Shown: piece after piece, positions 61,703 to 64,000 of the stretch
How positions within the stretch are numbered: the stretch's first letter is position 1
Layout of the letters: the number at the start of each line of letters is the position of its first letter
Assembly: GCA_029856155.1 (NCBI GenBank)
Contig: JAHQWL010000096.1
Location: 17,140 to 81,139 of the forward strand
Direction of reading: 5' to 3'
Source: Promethearchaeia archaeon
GTDB lineage: Archaea; Asgardarchaeota; Lokiarchaeia; Sigyniarchaeales; SOKP01
DNA length: 64,000 nt
Notes under the pieces: generated by a model
What the model saw: only the letters and a program-made list of their open reading frames with translations
Databases searched by the model: none
What the model was told of the DNA's origin: nothing
Made by a program: the position numbers and the translations under genes

Positions 61703-61796
61703 TTTTAATTTAATGAATATTTAGTTAATTATTTTCAGTTTTTTTAAATTATATGAAGACTAATTTTTTTAAATTGTGATATAATTATTTTAATTT

Positions 61797-63239
61797 ATGG
61801 AGGAAGATCTTCTAACTAAGTTTCTAAAATTAATGTCCTCAAAAATAACAGATTCAGATTTAGAATTAATCAATTTAGGAAAATCTTTAGGATTAGATTT
61901 AGTATCTTTTGGCGATTTAAGGACTTCGCAAGAAGATAGCTTTACTGATGAAGTAAGGCATAGAGCTTTAGAAAGGATGAAAAAAAGCAAGGATAATATT
62001 TTGAATTGTACTAACTCATTTTATGCGGGTAGTATTGATTTCATGGTGTCAGATGAGCCTGATGGGAAAAAGTTTTTTCTTTTAGAAACCAATGGAGGAT
62101 CTCACCGAGGACTTTCAATTATTACCGAAAAACAACAAGCTCTCTTATATGATGGATATTTAGAAGCAATTTATCAAGCATTAAAAAGTAACAAGAGAAA
62201 TATCGATAAAGTGTTTATACTTATTGGAATAACTGTTAATGATGGATTGATTCATGAAAAAGTAATAATGTTAGAATATTTTAGGAAAAAACTTAAAGGT
62301 AATGGATATTCTGTAAAAATCTTTAACACAGATAATTATGACAAAAATTTTAAAGCAAAAATCGTTTTTCTAATCGCGGATTATAAGCATTTGTCCACAT
62401 CTCTTTCATTTTCCAATAATTGGATTAAATATAAGAGGGAAGAGGTAAGTGTTTTAATAGGAGATGGTATTGCAAGACGTTTTAAGAATAAAAAGTTCTC
62501 AGGTTTAATTAAAAAAGATTTTTGTAAAATAAATTCAATTTTGGTGAATCCTATATTTAAAGTTACAGACGATAAATCTTTAACATATTTAGCAAGCTTT
62601 ATGAGTAAAGATATTCTCAAAAAGTATAATCTTAGATATCTATTATTCACAAAAGCTTATAATGAGAAGGATTTAATTAAAAAGCTCAAATATCTCATAA
62701 AAGAATATAAGAAATCTTTTATTATTAAACCGAGTGGGGGTTCTGGAGGCGTTGGTGTCATTGCCGTTTCTAAGGATGAAGACCCTGATAATATTAAAAA
62801 TTTGGTAAACGAAAGTAAAAGGGAATTTTATGGAAGGTTTATGAAAAACCGTGATCCTTTTCCATACACCGTTCAAGAGATGGCAGAGTTCTCATTAATA
62901 GATTGGCGAGGAGGAAAACATACATTTGATTTACGGATTTACTTAGCTCAAAGAGAGGGTAAAGTAATCCCTATTGGAGGTTTAGCTAGAATTGCGCGAG
63001 AAGAATTTACAAATAAAAAAAAGCTAAATAAGCAAGAATTTGTAGTTAATTTATCTGGTTATGATGGCCAAATTGAAGTTGAACGTGGCATAGGTTTTTC
63101 GGACAAAAATTGTCGGCTATTAAACTTAACAAAAGATGATTTTGTAAATATGTCCTGTATAGGTTGTACATTGTTTGCTTATATCTGTAATAACTATCAT
63201 AAAATAATGAATTTTTCGAATTGGGATATGATCTTATGA
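61797..63239 (+). CDS. Circularly permuted ATP-grasp ligase
   Basis: N-terminal IDF...FFLLETN, DDKSL, IIKPSGGSGGVG, VQE, FDLRIY, ARIA, NLS.G. Confidence 0.72.
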   Translation: MEEDLLTKFLKLMSSKITDSDLELINLGKSLGLDLVSFGDLRTSQEDSFTDEVRHRALERMKKSKDNILNCTNSFYAGSIDFMVSDEPDGKKFFLLETNGGSHRGLSIITEKQQALLYDGYLEAIYQALKSNKRNIDKVFILIGITVNDGLIHEKVIMLEYFRKKLKGNGYSVKIFNTDNYDKNFKAKIVFLIADYKHLSTSLSFSNNWIKYKREEVSVLIGDGIARRFKNKKFSGLIKKDFCKINSILVNPIFKVTDDKSLTYLASFMSKDILKKYNLRYLLFTKAYNEKDLIKKLKYLIKEYKKSFIIKPSGGSGGVGVIAVSKDEDPDNIKNLVNESKREFYGRFMKNRDPFPYTVQEMAEFSLIDWRGGKHTFDLRIYLAQREGKVIPIGGLARIAREEFTNKKKLNKQEFVVNLSGYDGQIEVERGIGFSDKNCRLLNLTKDDFVNMSCIGCTLFAYICNNYHKIMNFSNWDMIL

Positions 63240-63426
63240 ATCACTTATGATTACTTGAAATTATAAGATAATACTTTAGAAGATTAGAATTGAATACCAG
63301 ACTGTTTATATAAAAACGTCTTATATAATCTTCTATATGCAAATAGAGAATAAGAATAAGACATTTTAAAATATTTGTTGTGAGTAACTTATTAAAAATT
63401 TTAGATAAGTAAATAATAATAATGAA

Positions 63427-63714
63427 TTAGTGAATTTGGTTCGATTCTTTAATTATCATTGTCCTATTACTGTTTCTAATAAGAATCCTTATACCTAGTA
63501 TAATTAATATTAATCCAGCGATAGCAATTATTACAGTTACTAATACATAATTATTCCACCAATTAAGTCAATAATCTGCTGGACTAATCGGAACATCAAA
63601 CCCAATTGGACCGGCATAGTTAAATAGAATTGACATTAAAGTATTTCCTATTAATAGATAGCTTCCAAAAATAATATTGATGATTCCTATAATCTTCTTA
63701 TTCATCTTAAACAT
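63427..63714 (-). pseudogene. Small 2-TM membrane protein interrupted by an in-frame TGA
   Basis: MFKMNKKIIGIINIIFGSYLL...PADY*LNWWNNYVLVTVIIAIAGLILIILGIR...; TGA at 63568-63570 between the two TMs, same frame on both sides. Confidence 0.6.
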
Positions 63715-64000
63715 TTTTTAATTATCTTACTTAATGAATATGATTATCAGTAGATTTATATTTTTAATGGTAGACAGCATAGTTTGTTAAGATTCCTTAG
63801 TTATTTTAATCATAAGAAAATATTAAACAGAAAGACTATAATCTTTAGCATTGTTTTGAGATTTTTATGCTTCAGCTAATTTTTCGATGGATTTTAAATT
63901 GTTCATAATATAATGGTTTTTTCTCATTCCTAACCTATGATTAGAAGCATTTTACAGCTTATCTCTAACTCTATTTCAGATTATTCAAATTATTAATAGG

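Noticed and set aside
5272-62876. Short ORFs overlapping well-supported genes, mostly antisense (e.g. 5272-5676, 9716-9967, 17974-18210, 26390-26623, 38580-38897, 41380-41760, 48849-49175, 54071-54439, 60649-60957)
   Set aside because: Antisense or alternate-frame shadows of real genes, with no motifs of their own.
1-64000. tRNA/rRNA genes, CRISPR arrays, transposases or integrases
   Set aside because: None recognised by eye: no GC-rich cloverleaf, no regularly spaced repeat-spacer units, no DDE or tyrosine-recombinase motifs. tRNAscan-SE/Infernal would be needed to exclude small RNAs.

Overview
AT-rich archaeal chromosome segment, most consistent with an Asgard archaeon (Lokiarchaeia-like). 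This is an inference from archaeal RpoD/L18e/L13/S9, a thermosome subunit, archaeal TrpS/TrmI/Clp1, four small-GTPase-family genes (MglA-like, conservon/ATP_bind_1-like, Rag-like, Rab-like pseudo-GTPase) and many membrane proteins with Zn fingers. The window has four blocks. (i) 0.2-9.2 kb: metabolic and stress genes, including a stand-alone metV-metF pair. (ii) ~9.4-24 kb: an accessory region of orphan membrane/Zn-finger/TPR genes and gene debris. It centres on a divergent pair of small unknown genes (12349-12618 and 13211-13552) with a patterned intergenic region, and decayed copies of these genes lie at 11.2 kb and 17.0 kb. (iii) 24.5-37 kb: hdrC-hdrB-hdrA(N)-hdrA(C)-mvhD-[hdrA-mvhD fusion]-metV-metF-lrp, divergent from an FrhB/FpoF-type gene; a candidate F420H2-linked electron-bifurcating methylene-pterin reductase. 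(iv) 37-64 kb: mostly housekeeping genes (pckG, thermosome, trpS, trmI, glyA, rpoD, r-proteins, aroA/aroC, Clp1-like kinase) plus a circularly permuted ATP-grasp ligase. I recognised no tRNA, rRNA, CRISPR array or transposase by eye. All product calls come from motif recognition, not database searches.
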